DNA of 64,000 bases from Eledone cirrhosa (Eukaryota). This document shows positions 1 to 12,250 of this stretch, piece after piece. A model generated the notes under the pieces. It was not told the origin of the DNA, searched no databases, and was given only the letters and a program-made list of their open reading frames with translations. The stretch spans positions 33,046,001 to 33,110,000 of the forward strand of contig OZ024743.1 of assembly GCA_964016885.1 (NCBI GenBank). Reading direction: 5' to 3'. The position numbers and the translations under genes were made by a program. Positions within the stretch are counted from its first letter, which is position 1; each line of letters opens with the position of its first letter.

Positions 1-719
1 TGCCTATATATAAGAAACCATTATTATCACCACTATTAATAGTTTGTAAATAAGTTATCAAGAAGATCCCTGAAGGTTTGTTAAACCTTTCAATACCAAC
101 CCACTTAGCACCAACTCTGGTTCTATGATAAAACAGTCCATTTTCACATGTTCATATATAAATTAAAACCTTCCATCATCATTTTATGACAGAAACCCAT
201 TGTTAAGTTATATCCACTTAACCAGATTTGTAATAGCAATATTGGATATTTTACTAAATCCCTCCAAATGCTTGAATTATATTTATAATTAATTGAAATG
301 TAGGAGTGTATTTTGATAAAAACTTAGTGGTTAACCTCTGTGATTGTTTCCATTGTAATTCACTAATTACTCAGATCTGATATATAGGTTTATAATTGGT
401 TTTTGCCTATTTAGTTAATTGTATTTTATCATTAATGAAGCAGACAGGAAAATAAAGGAATATTCTATATACTTGACATTTTTGTCACAAAGTGAAAAAA
501 TTAAAGAAAATATGACTGGCCATTGTTGTTTATAATCTATTTAATGACATTAGACATTATAAGATATAGCTACCTTTTACTAAGGTTTATAAGAATTTCA
601 ACTCATGCCATTATTATTATTATTATTATTATTGTTATTGTTATTCCTTGAATCTCAGTCATTGATGTTGGTTAACTGGAAAGTCCGTTGGATTGAATAT
701 CAAGCCACTACCTGCAGCC

Positions 720-3700
720 TCAGATATTCAGGACGTATCGGAGGGTTCTTGCCGTTCCAAGCAAGCATGCCTTTTGAAGCGTTCCAAAAAGCGTGAAGGG
801 GCCGATTTTCTTTAACCATCCCTGGAAACCTTTGGAGATAGTCCCCAGTGCGCCTATGACAATCGGGATCACTTTGACTTCATGGCAGTTCCAAATCCTT
901 TTCACCTCCCACTTTAGGTCCTGGTATCGGTTAATTTTCTCCCTCTCCTTCTCTTGCACTCTCGTGTCGAACGGGCAGGCCACATCCACAATCAGGCACG
1001 ATCTTTTTTCTTTGTCCACAACCACCAGGTCAGGTCTATTGTGTTCCAGTTTTTTGTCCGTCTGTATCCTAAAATCCCACAGCACCTTCACCTGATTGTT
1101 CTCCATCACCGCCTCTGGCCTATGCTCATACCATTTCTCAGAATGTGGTAGATTGTTTACTTTGCACAGGTGCCAGTGGATCACCCTGCCCATCACATCG
1201 TGTCTCCAGCCCTTATAGTGGGTCTGGGCTAGGTGTTTACACTCGGACACAATGTGAGCCACAGTCTCCTCTCTCTCTCCACAGATCCTGCACAGTGGGC
1301 TAGCCTCCTCCTTGTAGATATGGTGCTTCAACCACTTCGTTTTGAGGGCCTGCTCCTGCGCAGCCATTAGCATTCCTTCTGTAGCCTTTTTGAGGTCTCC
1401 TCTTCTCAACCAGTTCCATGTCTGTGGATCTCTAAATTCAGTTTTCTCAAAGAAGGTACTATGAAGGGATTTTCCCTTAAGGCTGCTCTTCCTCCTTGAT
1501 GTTATTTCCTCCTTGGGTATCCCCTGGCCTACTGTCCCCTCCTTCAGTACAGCTCTGAGCATTGGCTCCTTACTATAGGTCACGTATTTGTATAGGTTGT
1601 TTTTCTCCATCTGAACACAGTCCTCTATGCTGATAAGACCTCTTCCACCCTCAGATCTCCTTAGGTAGAGTCTATCGACATCACTCCTCTTGTGGAACAT
1701 GTTGTAGATAGTCAATAGCTTCCTAGTCTTCCTATCCATTTCTTTTTGTTCAGCAACATTCCATCTCAGAATTCCCGCACTGTACCTAATAATAGACACA
1801 GCTCGGGAATTTACTGCGCTTATGGCATTTCTGCTGTTCAGATGTGACTTCAATACGCTCCTTACTCTCCGAATGTATTCAGTTCTTAACAATTCCTTCA
1901 TTTTTTTGTTCTTTATGCCATCAGCCTCCAGAACGCCCAAATACTTGTATCCTTCCTCAGAGTCAATTTCCTTTATCATCTCACCTGTTGGTATCTGGAT
2001 CCCGTTACTTCTGCTCAACCTACCCCTCCTCATCACAATGACTCCACATTTACCAATACCAAACTGCATACATATATCACTGCTGAAAATACGGACAGTG
2101 TCAACAAGCACATCCAACTCCTTCTCACTTTTCCCGAAGAGCTTAAGATCGTCCATGAAGAGGAGGTGATTGATGGTAAGCTCTCCCCTTCCCAACTTGT
2201 ATCCTGCTCTCACTTTTCGCAGCATAATGGTCAAGGGCATCAGGGCAAGGACAAACAACAGAGGGGACAGGCTATCTCCCTGGAAGATACCTCTCTTGAT
2301 CTTCACGCTTCCCAAGGATACTCCAGTTGATGTCAACTCTGTCTCCCAGGACCCCATACTCCTGCCCAGCAACTGTCTGATGTTATCTGCCACCCTGAAG
2401 ATCTCCAGGCTTTTGGTGATCCAGGAATGAGGCACCATGTCAAATGCCTTTCTGTAGTCTATCCATCCCATGGCAAGATCAGTGTGTCTCCTCCTGCAAT
2501 TCCCCATTACCATCTTATCAATAAGCAACTGGTCCTTTGTACCACGTGACTTCTTTCGGCATCCTTTCTGTTCGTCCGGCAACAAGTTGTTTGTGTGGAG
2601 GTGATGGTAGATTTCCTCAGACACAATGCTCGTCAACAGTTTCCACATTACGGGCAGACATGTGATAGGTCTATAGTTGGTAACATCATTACCCTTGATT
2701 TGGTCTTTCATTATCAGAACTGTGGTACCTTTTGTCAACCACTCTGGCACCTCACCCGACACCAAGCAGTCATTGAACATGGCCGTCAGCTTCGGGTGGA
2801 GGGATGTTAAATGTTTAATCCAATACCCCTGCACACCATCTGGGCCTGGTGATTTCCAGTTGGTTAGTTTTTTGGCTTGCCCCTTAAGAGTTTCAACTGT
2901 GATACTCAAATCAGTCTGTTGCTGTGCCTGCTCACCGATCTCCCTCTGTACTGTCTCAATCCACCCTGCCTGGGCATTGTGTCTAACATCCTGCTCCCAT
3001 ATTCCTCTCCAGAATGTTTTAGCTTGTTCCGCCCCAGGGATCAAGTCGGTGCCTCTTTCTTTCCCCTCAAGCTGTCCAAACAGCATCTTCTGGTTGTTGT
3101 CGAACATGCGGTTCTGTTTATACTGACTGACTCTGTTCTCGTATCGCCTGATTTTGGCACTCTTTGCTACAATGCGTTGCTTCAATTCCTCTATGATAAT
3201 ATTTAGCTTTTTACTCCTAGTTTTGTATTTTATTTCCAGTCTATTTTTAGTGCCTATGTTTTTTAGTGTCCCATTCAGTAGTGACTCAAGCTTTCCTATG
3301 TCATTTCTCATTTCCCCGATTTGCCCACTCAGTCGCTTCTTCCACCACGGCTCTGCTCTTTCTTGTCTGTTGTTTCCTCTCGCTTTTATACCAAGTAGTT
3401 TCCTCACCGTATTTGCTGTTGCTTTGAGGATATTGTTGCACTGGTGAAGACTCCTCGCCTCAAGGTATGGGATGACTTTGTTTACCTTAGCTGTTGTTTC
3501 TTTTAACTTTTTCCTGTCTACAAATCTTAGGTTCATAGGTCTCCCACTATCATTGTTCAACTCATCTACCACTAAATTTAGGATGTCAACCGAATCTTGT
3601 CCTAGCCCGTCAGCATTCATCTCCTCAGTGGCCGTATCTCTGTTCCAGGTATTATTTATCTCAGTATTCAGATCATTGTCTGCTTCGGGTGGTTCCTCCG

Positions 3701-4112
3701 CTCTCAGGACCTCCTCACCTTCATTTCCCGCCGGCTCGCTTGTCTGGCATACTACACCCGCCATCTCCAAGCCATTCTCTCTGCTCAGTTCCTCCAGTTC
3801 CAGCTCGCTTATCCACCCATTAGTTCTTATTACCCGAGCCTGCCCGGCCAATTTTTGTTCATCTAATTTAAATAAACCAATCTCGTTCCAGATGTTATGC
3901 ATCCGTCTCCTGTAGCCCCTCTCCTTGGGGTTACTTTTCAGGTAGCATTGCATAACAGTTCTATTCAATTCTTTCGTCCAGTTGGTTCTGGCCCCTTTCC
4001 TTCTTCTTCTTCCTCCAACATCAGCAGTATTTCGTTGACAGTCAGGTTCCTGCTGCTGAGCCAGGGGGCACCTGTTGGGTGAGAGTCTGTCACATGACGT
4101 TCTAGTCTCCAT
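720..4112 (-). CDS. R4/Dong ORF: reverse transcriptase + CCHC zinc knuckle + restriction-like endonuclease (1130 aa, intact)
   Basis: RT motifs KSPGPDG, YRPITCL, DYRKAFD, QGDSLSP and LFMDD; CRIC...H...C knuckle; RHD motif; RPDLVVVD...DVACP...K..Y..L PD-(D/E)xK endonuclease. Confidence 0.95.
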   Translation of the reverse strand: METRTSCDRLSPNRCPLAQQQEPDCQRNTADVGGRRRRKGARTNWTKELNRTVMQCYLKSNPKERGYRRRMHNIWNEIGLFKLDEQKLAGQARVIRTNGWISELELEELSRENGLEMAGVVCQTSEPAGNEGEEVLRAEEPPEADNDLNTEINNTWNRDTATEEMNADGLGQDSVDILNLVVDELNNDSGRPMNLRFVDRKKLKETTAKVNKVIPYLEARSLHQCNNILKATANTVRKLLGIKARGNNRQERAEPWWKKRLSGQIGEMRNDIGKLESLLNGTLKNIGTKNRLEIKYKTRSKKLNIIIEELKQRIVAKSAKIRRYENRVSQYKQNRMFDNNQKMLFGQLEGKERGTDLIPGAEQAKTFWRGIWEQDVRHNAQAGWIETVQREIGEQAQQQTDLSITVETLKGQAKKLTNWKSPGPDGVQGYWIKHLTSLHPKLTAMFNDCLVSGEVPEWLTKGTTVLIMKDQIKGNDVTNYRPITCLPVMWKLLTSIVSEEIYHHLHTNNLLPDEQKGCRKKSRGTKDQLLIDKMVMGNCRRRHTDLAMGWIDYRKAFDMVPHSWITKSLEIFRVADNIRQLLGRSMGSWETELTSTGVSLGSVKIKRGIFQGDSLSPLLFVLALMPLTIMLRKVRAGYKLGRGELTINHLLFMDDLKLFGKSEKELDVLVDTVRIFSSDICMQFGIGKCGVIVMRRGRLSRSNGIQIPTGEMIKEIDSEEGYKYLGVLEADGIKNKKMKELLRTEYIRRVRSVLKSHLNSRNAISAVNSRAVSIIRYSAGILRWNVAEQKEMDRKTRKLLTIYNMFHKRSDVDRLYLRRSEGGRGLISIEDCVQMEKNNLYKYVTYSKEPMLRAVLKEGTVGQGIPKEEITSRRKSSLKGKSLHSTFFEKTEFRDPQTWNWLRRGDLKKATEGMLMAAQEQALKTKWLKHHIYKEEASPLCRICGEREETVAHIVSECKHLAQTHYKGWRHDVMGRVIHWHLCKVNNLPHSEKWYEHRPEAVMENNQVKVLWDFRIQTDKKLEHNRPDLVVVDKEKRSCLIVDVACPFDTRVQEKEREKINRYQDLKWEVKRIWNCHEVKVIPIVIGALGTISKGFQGWLKKIGPFTLFGTLQKACLLGTARTLRYVLNI

Positions 4113-4681
4113 TTCACCGTTATTCGAACTGTTTATGTTCGATATTTAAACACTCTTATCGAGGATTGGCGAATGTATGTTTACATAGCCATCTGTGGAT
4201 CCGCCATCCCACTTGGCCCTTGTGTGGCATTATCACCACGCTGTATACGGACACACATAAACAAACAAACACACGGGCAGAAAGGGCCCCAAAAATGAAT
4301 AAGCATAAGTTTCATTGTAATGTAGTATTCGAATGTCCGACTTAGTTTTTGTTTTTTAAGTTTTACTTTTCCCCCCCTCTTCTCTGTCCGTCCGCCTGCT
4401 TCTCTCTTCATTCTTATTTTCTTTACGTTTTTGGGGTTTCTTTTTTTGTTTTTGTTTTTCTCTGTTTTTCTCGTTTTTTACTGTTGTTGCTGTGCTGCTT
4501 TTGTTGTTTGTTTTTTCTTTTTTCTTTTGAGTCTATCTATATATTTTGATGCCTTCCTCTTTGTTAGTAGTAGGAATTCTATAATGTGGAAGTGGTAGCC
4601 AGCAGAGACTAGCGGCGTTGGCGATACTGAGACAGTGGTGGCGGTGATGTCGATACCGAGGCAGCGGTGGCGGTGATGCGA

Positions 4682-5338
4682 CCGTATTACTGTAGTGATG
4701 GTGCTGTAGCGGTGGCAGCAGCAGTGAAGGAGTCAGGGGGTGGTGGCGGCGGTGATGGGACAGCGGTGGCAATGATGGCCGTAGTGAGCGGTGGCGGTGA
4801 AGGTGAAAATGCTGTTGTGTTTAGTGTACACAGATGATGGGGTGGGTGGTGTATCTAGTTTCTGGTGTTGGTGAGTTTCGCTGTCCTATATAGTGTAGCC
4901 AGAGGAGAGGAGGGGGGGGGGGTTCTTCTTCTTCCATTTATAGCCATTTTATTTTTTTTTTTTTTTTTTTTTTTGGATATACAGTGTACAATACAAAGTT
5001 GAATATTTGAATATTTGAGCCGTATTACTGTAGTGATGGTGCTGTAGCGGTGGCAGCAGCAGTGAAGGAGTCAGGGGGTGGTGGCGGCGGTGATGGGACA
5101 GCGGTGGCAATGATGGCCGTAGTGAGCGGTGGCGGTGAAGGTGAAAATGCTGTTGTGTTTAGTGTACACAGATGATGGGGTGGGCGGTGTATCTAGTTTC
5201 TGGTGTTGGTGAGTTTAGCTGTCCTATATAGTGTAGCCAGAGGAGAGGAGGGGGGGGGGTTCTTCTTCTTCCATTTATAGCCATTTTTTTTTGGATATAC
5301 AGTGTACAATACAAAGTTGAACATTTGAATATTTGAGC
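4682..5338. repeat. ~330-bp direct tandem duplication in the R4/Dong 5' UTR
   Basis: ccgtattactgtagtgatgg...atatttgagcc occurs at ~4682-5019 and ~5020-5338. The copies differ mainly in a poly-T length. Confidence 0.9.
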
Positions 5339-5504
5339 CTTATAACAATATATTTTGGGTCCGAATTTTTTGGGGCTCAAGCCGGGTGCTTTACGTAGCA
5401 TTTGTACTAAGAGTTGTTATTTCACAAATGATTTAAATATGTTAAAAATTCAAAACTTACGGGAGCGATTTCATGACCTCCGTCACCTCGTGCGTCTTCT
5501 TCCC

Positions 5505-5572
<68 letters not shown>

Positions 5573-6099
5573 GTTGTTGTTGTTGTTGTTGTTGTTGGTG
5601 GTGGTGTTGTTGTTGTTGTTGTCATCTAGACCTCCCTCTGTTCTCACAAACTATAACCATTAATATTATTGTGATTTATGGTTATTCAATTCTGTTAGAG
5701 CTTTTGTTCTTGTGCATCTACTCTTGGGAACAATCTAATTTCAATTCTGTTCCTTCTAAGCAATACAATAATGTGTAGTAAATTAGAGATGAGTCATTTC
5801 AATCTCACAATTCGCCTCAATATTTAAGTGAAATAGTAATAGATCTATACACCTATGAGCTAATATCTGAAAGTATCAATACAATTTAATCCCAGGATAA
5901 AAGGGACATAAAATATATATATTTGCTCTCTAAAACATTGTAAAGACTATGGTAATTTTCTTTGTCTACAATCATATAATTTTACAACTGAAGAGAAATC
6001 AAAAACTTCTGGAGAGAATAATGCCACTGTTACTTTTTTATGTTTAGTTAGAGAGGGAAATGGCAATACGTTTTCTGAGAGGGAAGAAGTTATCCACAA

Positions 6100-6485
6100 A
6101 CTGGAGACCTGACACAAATGCTTGGATTGGGTGCTTTTTGACATGACACCTTCACAACCAGTTTACAGTGTGGACTGGCGTGACACCTACACAACAACTT
6201 TACAGTGTGTACTGGGCGCTTTTTGTCGTGACACCTACAGTGTGGGCTAGATGCTTTTTTGCCATGGCACCAGCATGACCACTTTATGGTGTGGGTTGGG
6301 GACTTTGAAGATGCATGGGGAATTGGGGAGGTAGGTATAGAGGTGAGATGATTGCAACGAGGGAGGTGTATGGGGGGAGATGGGCGGGAAGGTGGTGCAT
6401 ACTAGATGTATGCCTCAGCTCGTGCATATGGGTGGGCGAGTCTTCTGTATTACTGCATAGTGCCAAAGATCATGGTCCTGCACCA
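6100..6485 (-). mobile_element. Old RTE 3'-end fragment
   Basis: Similar to the ORF end and 3' UTR of the 55.3-59.3 kb RTE (gtcttctgtattactg, tttacagtgtggactg, gacacctac motifs). Confidence 0.6.
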
Positions 6486-6679
6486 TCGCTTTAGAGCTAT
6501 TGCAAATAAATCTTCTTAAAGACTCCAATTGCCTCTTCAACTCCTTTTTCCTCTATTTTTAAAAACAACTATATATAATAATGTGTGTGTACGTACAAAA
6601 AGTAAACGGAAACAACAAAGCAAACAAAACAGCACATTAAGGAAATATATTAGTTTAATGCTTGATGTAGTAAGAAGGG

Positions 6680-6715
6680 TCTTTATGTTTCGGACACTAG
6701 TCCTTCATCAGAAGA
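6680..6715 (-). ncRNA. Degenerate minimal type I hammerhead motif (Penelope-type)
   Basis: Minus strand reads tctt-CTGATGA-aggac tagt gtcc-GAAAC-ATA-aaga. Stem I is tctt/aaga. Stem III is probably ACGT decayed to ACAT. Confidence 0.5.
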
Positions 6716-7709
6716 TAGAATGAGAAATAAAAGATGAAATAGAAAGATAGAGAGTGAAGAGGAAGGGTTGGAAAAAATGTTTTGAGAAAAAGCATGTGCG
6801 TGTTCAGTCAGACATTTTGTAGAAATATATATGTATACATATACTCATCTGAAAATGCATAGTGAATATTCAAATTGCTAAAATATCATGGATATGTTGT
6901 AAGAAAATATATGTGGGTGTGTGTGTAATCAGTGATGTCATCATTAATGTTGCTGTAAATATAATCTCACACATGCTCACTATTACGGGGTCAATAAAAT
7001 AAAGTACAAGTAATACCCTGGGATAATTGCTGGCCTTGTGCCAAAAGTATAAACAACTATATGATGGGTGTTTGGTGCATTTGATTATAAAAAAGAATCA
7101 TGAGATTTGTTTGTTATTAATTTGATTTACATGTTGACTGAAACATCTATTAATATCTCTGGACATTTTTGTCCTCAGGAATATTTATTTCCTTATGACT
7201 TCACTCTTATTTATGGAACCATAAAAGAAAAATGATGCAAATGATAGCAGAAAAATGATAGCAGAAAAATGATGCAAAGATCTAAACTTTAACAAATCAA
7301 AAATCAAAGTACTAATGAGATGAAAATGTTAGTGCTATCACAAAATATTAGTTCATATGATTGTATCCAGTATATGTAATGAGTACAGAATAGATGTAAC
7401 TCTGCGGGAAATTGATAGGAATACAGGATTTCAAATATATCAGATGTACAGAAATAATTAGCTTTGGGAAATCTTATTCTACCAATTTTGTATTGTTTTG
7501 TTTGTTTTTTTACCTGAGTGTTTATTAGTAAGGGTGGTTCTCGTGACCGTATACTTGATAAGATTAGCAATAAATGTTTTCTTTCTATGCAAAAGACAAA
7601 CTGATGAAACATGTCAGAAATATGCTACTGCTACTACTACTACTATACAACTGTTCAGTATCCTTATATAAAGTATATTTAAATATGCTTTATATATGCT
7701 TATTGTGAA

Positions 7710-8030
7710 GGCATGTCTTTGTGGTTAAGTTATTTGGCTCACAACTGTTAGGTTGTGGGTTCAATTTACAGTGGTGCATTTTGTCCTTGAGCAAGACACT
7801 TTATTTCACGTTGCTCCAGTCCACTTAGCTCACAAAAATGAGTTGTACCTGTAATTCTACAGGCCAGCCTTGTCACATTCAGTGTCACACGGAATCTCCT
7901 TGAGAACTATTTTAAAGGCATGCATTTCTGGGGAATGCTCAGCCACTTTCACGTTAATTTCATGAGCAGGTTGTTTCATTGATCAGATCAATTGGAACAC
8001 TTGTTGTCATAACCGATAGAGTGCCAGTTG
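7710..8030 (+). mobile_element. tRNA-derived SINE, family B
   Basis: A-box-like gtggttaag, B-box ggttcaatt and conserved gtccttgagcaagacactt core. Similar to 26517-26785. Confidence 0.7.
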
Positions 8031-8296
8031 AATATATGCTTATTATTTTTCTCAATGCAAACAACAAACTTATAAGACCTGTATTAGAATTGTAGTACTA
8101 CACAATTATGAAAGATGCATATTGATTGCGTATGATTTAAGAGAAATGTGTTGAGTGTAAAGAATCCACTGGATGTGCAACTCTTAACTTTTTATGAAAA
8201 GAAGAAGTGATATTGTCGATCCAGTGGTGGATTCAGGTAGTTTGGTATCAAATGGGTTAGCATTACAAATAGCACATATGTAGCATCTGGTTATAT

Positions 8297-8483
8297 TTAA
8301 CCCTTTTGATACCAGCCTGGCCAAAAGCAGCTCTTGTTCTATGAACTAAAGTGATTCAATTTGAAGGGTTCCTATTTAAATTAAAATCTTTTTACACAAT
8401 TTTTATTTAAGAACCATCTGTTAAATTATTAATTAAATGAAATAGAGTGTATTTCATTAGAAATATAGTTATGAAAGGGTTAA
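8297..8483. mobile_element. piggyBac-like MITE (family 1)
   Basis: TTAA-CCCTTT...AAAGGG-TTAA termini. Related copies at ~10085-10350, 23732-23984, 33440-33660, 39037-39400, 41964-42225 and 42385-42635. Confidence 0.75.
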
Positions 8484-11399
8484 AGATATTTTTCAGATAT
8501 TCATATTTTGATTATGCAAACTGATACTCAAATATTAAGAAGTTTTAATATCTATTGCTAACTCACACTCAGAAAGATTTAAAGAGATGGATTTCAATGA
8601 TTGATGAAAAATTTGAGGTTAATTTAATTGTCCTGACAGGACCTCATATTTCCATTTGAAATACAAGCATGCTTACAATTTCTTTCACTGTCAAGCATAC
8701 AAACACACACACACATGTGTGCACACTCATTTTCTCTCTCACTTTTATTTTGTGATAGTGTTTCCTGTGGGTATTGTGCAGCATTAACAATTCAGTGAAA
8801 TGGCAAAGATCATTTATAATGGAATCATGTAAAACTAGCAATTCATTGGATCTATGAAATTAAAACAAATTTCTCAAATCGTAAATTTATGTCTTTTTTC
8901 TTTACTGATTTTGAAAATTCAAGTCAATTTATTCATTTCAAGTCAGTGCCTATACTCGATTAGCAATCAATCTTCTAATTAGAATAATTTTAGAGGTACA
9001 AATTTGTACCACATAATCACACAACCAATTGCATTATATAAGTGTAATGTGGAAGAAAACTGAAAATCACCAAAAGTTGGATGTCATTCACTAAGGGTGT
9101 GAGGAAAATCCTGAGAGTTTTATATTAGGACCATATCAGAAATAAAGAATTCTTAAAAAGAGCATCATCACAAAAATGACTGTGGAATGAAGAATGTGGC
9201 TCACTGGTCACTAGTATGTAAAAATAACATTTAGAAAAACAGAAGAGAAAAGATGACAAGCTGCATGATATTGAAACTTACAGGAGGACTTAAACGGTAT
9301 CAACAGATACTGGGAAATATAGAACGTGTAACCAGAGCAGGATTAACCTATAAGCAAAATAAGCACATGCTTAGAACATCAAAGGAAGAGGGAAACCATA
9401 GAAAATTTCTACTGTTGGATTTACCTTGGCACACACGGTGCAGCTGAACAAAGGTCAGTGAAAAGGTGAGAGAAAGCAACAACAAATGACTTAAAGAAAT
9501 TTTCAATGCATGAAATCAAATAACACCCAAAATGAACAGAAAATATTTTATTTCTATGAGCAAGGGAATTCTTGCATGTTTAAAATATAAAGGTGAATCA
9601 GCTTCATTATTCAATTTTAATTTTTTTCCCCCCAGTTCTGTCTTACAAAAATAACAGAACTTTGAAAAATGCAAAAATAAGGAATATTAAGCATAAATTT
9701 ATTGTAAATATCTTTTTTACTTTTCCATGTCCTAAATTTTATTCAAATTCAATATATTTACCATTCCACTGCAAATGTTTTTTAATGACTTTATATATGG
9801 GGAGGGGGAATGATAATCTTTTAAGTGTTTAAGGCCTCAAAAGGGCTTAATCCAGCCCTACATTCAGCAATTGAAGAACACTGGAAGAGAAAACTGGTAC
9901 CAGATGTGCCAACCTACATGGATGTAACTGATTAATATCTTTGACAGAGACAGTTCTTTGTTAACAAGTAATATTCAATTCATGCAATATTTATAATATT
10001 TATCTACTCACTCTGCAGGAATTTGTCCTACAATTATCATGTCTATTTCTATTATAAAGACATATTATATTTCTTTTCATTACATTAACCCTTTTGATAT
10101 CAATATGCTTGAAACTACCCCTGCTTCTATGATGTAAAACTGCATGCTTTAAAGTGCTCATACTTATATTAAAATCTTCCATCATAATTTGATCTAGGAA
10201 ATGTTTGTTAAAAATGTTCTAAACACCAGCTTGATAATAAGAACTTAAGATATTTCAATGAATTCTTCAAAATATTTGATTATTTTCAAAATTAACTGAA
10301 ACACATTGTCAGTGAATTTTGTTAGAAATGTGTCAATGAAAGTGTTAAACTCCACCAAATGTCGTTGTATTATCTTTACATATGTCTAACCCATGCTAGT
10401 GTGGAAGATGGACGTTAAATGAAGATGATGATGATGATGATATAGCAAATTATGCAAAGAAAACACTAACACATAAATGAGTAATACAATCTGACTATTC
10501 TATAATAACACCAATCTATAGTTTATATCACAATTACATTACATAGTCTTCCAAATGTTTTGGGGTATTTCAATCTTGGCTGATTCACTATTATTTTGGA
10601 AGATGTTGGTCTAATCAACTTCAGAAAAATAAATATCAATACAGAAGAGTCAACTGCTGGTACTTTTGTAATTGTATTTTCATACAACATCTTATGCTTC
10701 TATTTGGGAATTCCTATAAATCTCTAAATATAGCTGGTCTAGAATAGGGACACTCTATCCCTGCATGTTGTAAGTGGCAACTAAAAGAATTGGTGCTAGG
10801 AAGGGCATCAGGCTGTAAAACATTGCTTCAGAATGGACTCCATGATTAGTGTAAAATCTGTCATGGAGTCCACAAGGCTAACCTCTGCTTTAGCAGGGAA
10901 AATGGCTTTAAATGTATGATGGTTGGTATTTGGTGCCTATTAATCTATAAGTAAATCTATAATGATACAAGTAGAAAGTGTAACTTCTAATGCAGTAAAA
11001 GAGTACTTCAGTACTCCCAGTTAAATCCTCTGTACCAACACTGTTCTCAGAGTGATTAGGTCAAGTTTTTCAAAGCAGCAATAAATCAACAAGTGTGATC
11101 ATCAACTAGGATAGAAAATCCTCCAACAGGATTTATTCCTGCAGTCTATCATTGATTTTCATCATCATTGTTTTACAATTGTTTTCCATGCTGGCATGGG
11201 TTAGGTAGATTGTCAGAGCCCAAGACAAGACAGGGTGGAGAGAACCACGTCTTTCTCATATGTTTCATTTCTGGGATAGTTTCTATGGTTGGATGCCCTT
11301 CCAAATGCCAACCACTTTACAGTGCAGTGTATTGTGGCACCAGCACTACCATTTTATTGAGGTAAATCTTTTACACTGCATCTATAGTTTTAAGCCTCT

Positions 11400-12250
11400 A
11401 TTTCACTTTGAGAGGTTCTACAGCTCTTGAATGGGGTGTGTCATTGGTTAATGGTGTCTGTTGTGATTTACAGATTGGTACAATGGACTTTGCATGCCAT
11501 CCAAATATTTGCTGATTTGCTGGGAGATTTATTCTTTCTGTTATTGTGTTATACTACTCCAGAAGTGCCAAGCATATATCAGTGTCATATTTTGCTTTCA
11601 TCATTGCTCCCTTGAGCATTTTAATAACATCTGCTATTTTGTAATTCTATTACACATAGTATGGTGGGCTTGTCATATTGTTACCATCATAACTGCATTT
11701 GGAATAAATAATTTCACAAGAATCAGACAATGGATCATAGTAACTAACAACATATCTGGTATTCCATGGTGCATCATGCTAATTTTCCTTTATTGTATGG
11801 ATTACTTCCTTTACTGTTTTATTGATAAGCTGGTCAATCTCAAATTAATCAAAGTAATAGTCTATAAAGTTATCACATGGAATGTTTTCTCAAGGATATG
11901 TTGTTTTATAATACATCATTGTCATTGCATACATTAATACTATACATATATTTATTGTGTATTCAGTCAATACCTATCTATTTACACTGATAATCCCATT
12001 TCATGGTTGTAATAGTTCCTCCTCGAATTAAATAATTTCATCAACAATTTATGGATTTATTGCCTTCAACTATTTCTGGATTCATTCTTTATCACAATTT
12101 GCAGTTTAATATAATTGTTTTGTTTAGGATTTTTTTGCTTTTTAATGTGTTGTCTTTGTATACTTTACAGTACAACTTTGATGTTAAGATGTTTACTATA
12201 TCATCACAACCTGACTGGAAATTCCCATTATAATTGTTTGAATTGATTAA
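11400..12250 (-). pseudogene. Highly decayed Ty3/Gypsy integrase fragment
   Basis: Manual minus-strand translation with stops and frameshifts gives FIDYYFD*FEIDQLINKTVKEVI, HHGIPD, and KAKYDTDICLALLE*YNT followed by SP...FG. These resemble the Gypsy integrase VDYYS/HGIP/LALLEYRNTP motifs. Confidence 0.6.

Larger units (their letters stand above)
645..5504 (-). mobile_element. Full-length R4/Dong-clade non-LTR retrotransposon inserted in a (TAA)n microsatellite
   Basis: Single RT+RLE ORF, short 3' UTR (645-719) and a ~1.4-kb 5' UTR. Both ends abut (TTA)n arrays (611-644 and 5505-5570), the known target of Dong elements. Confidence 0.88.

Noticed and set aside
793-4082. Plus-strand ORFs over the R4/Dong element, and minus-strand ORFs over the RTEs
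   Set aside because: They are antisense shadow frames with no recognisable motifs.
4140-4260. HDV-like ribozyme upstream of the R4/Dong ORF (tcctcg motif)
   Set aside because: I could not build the P1/P2/P3 pairings by eye.
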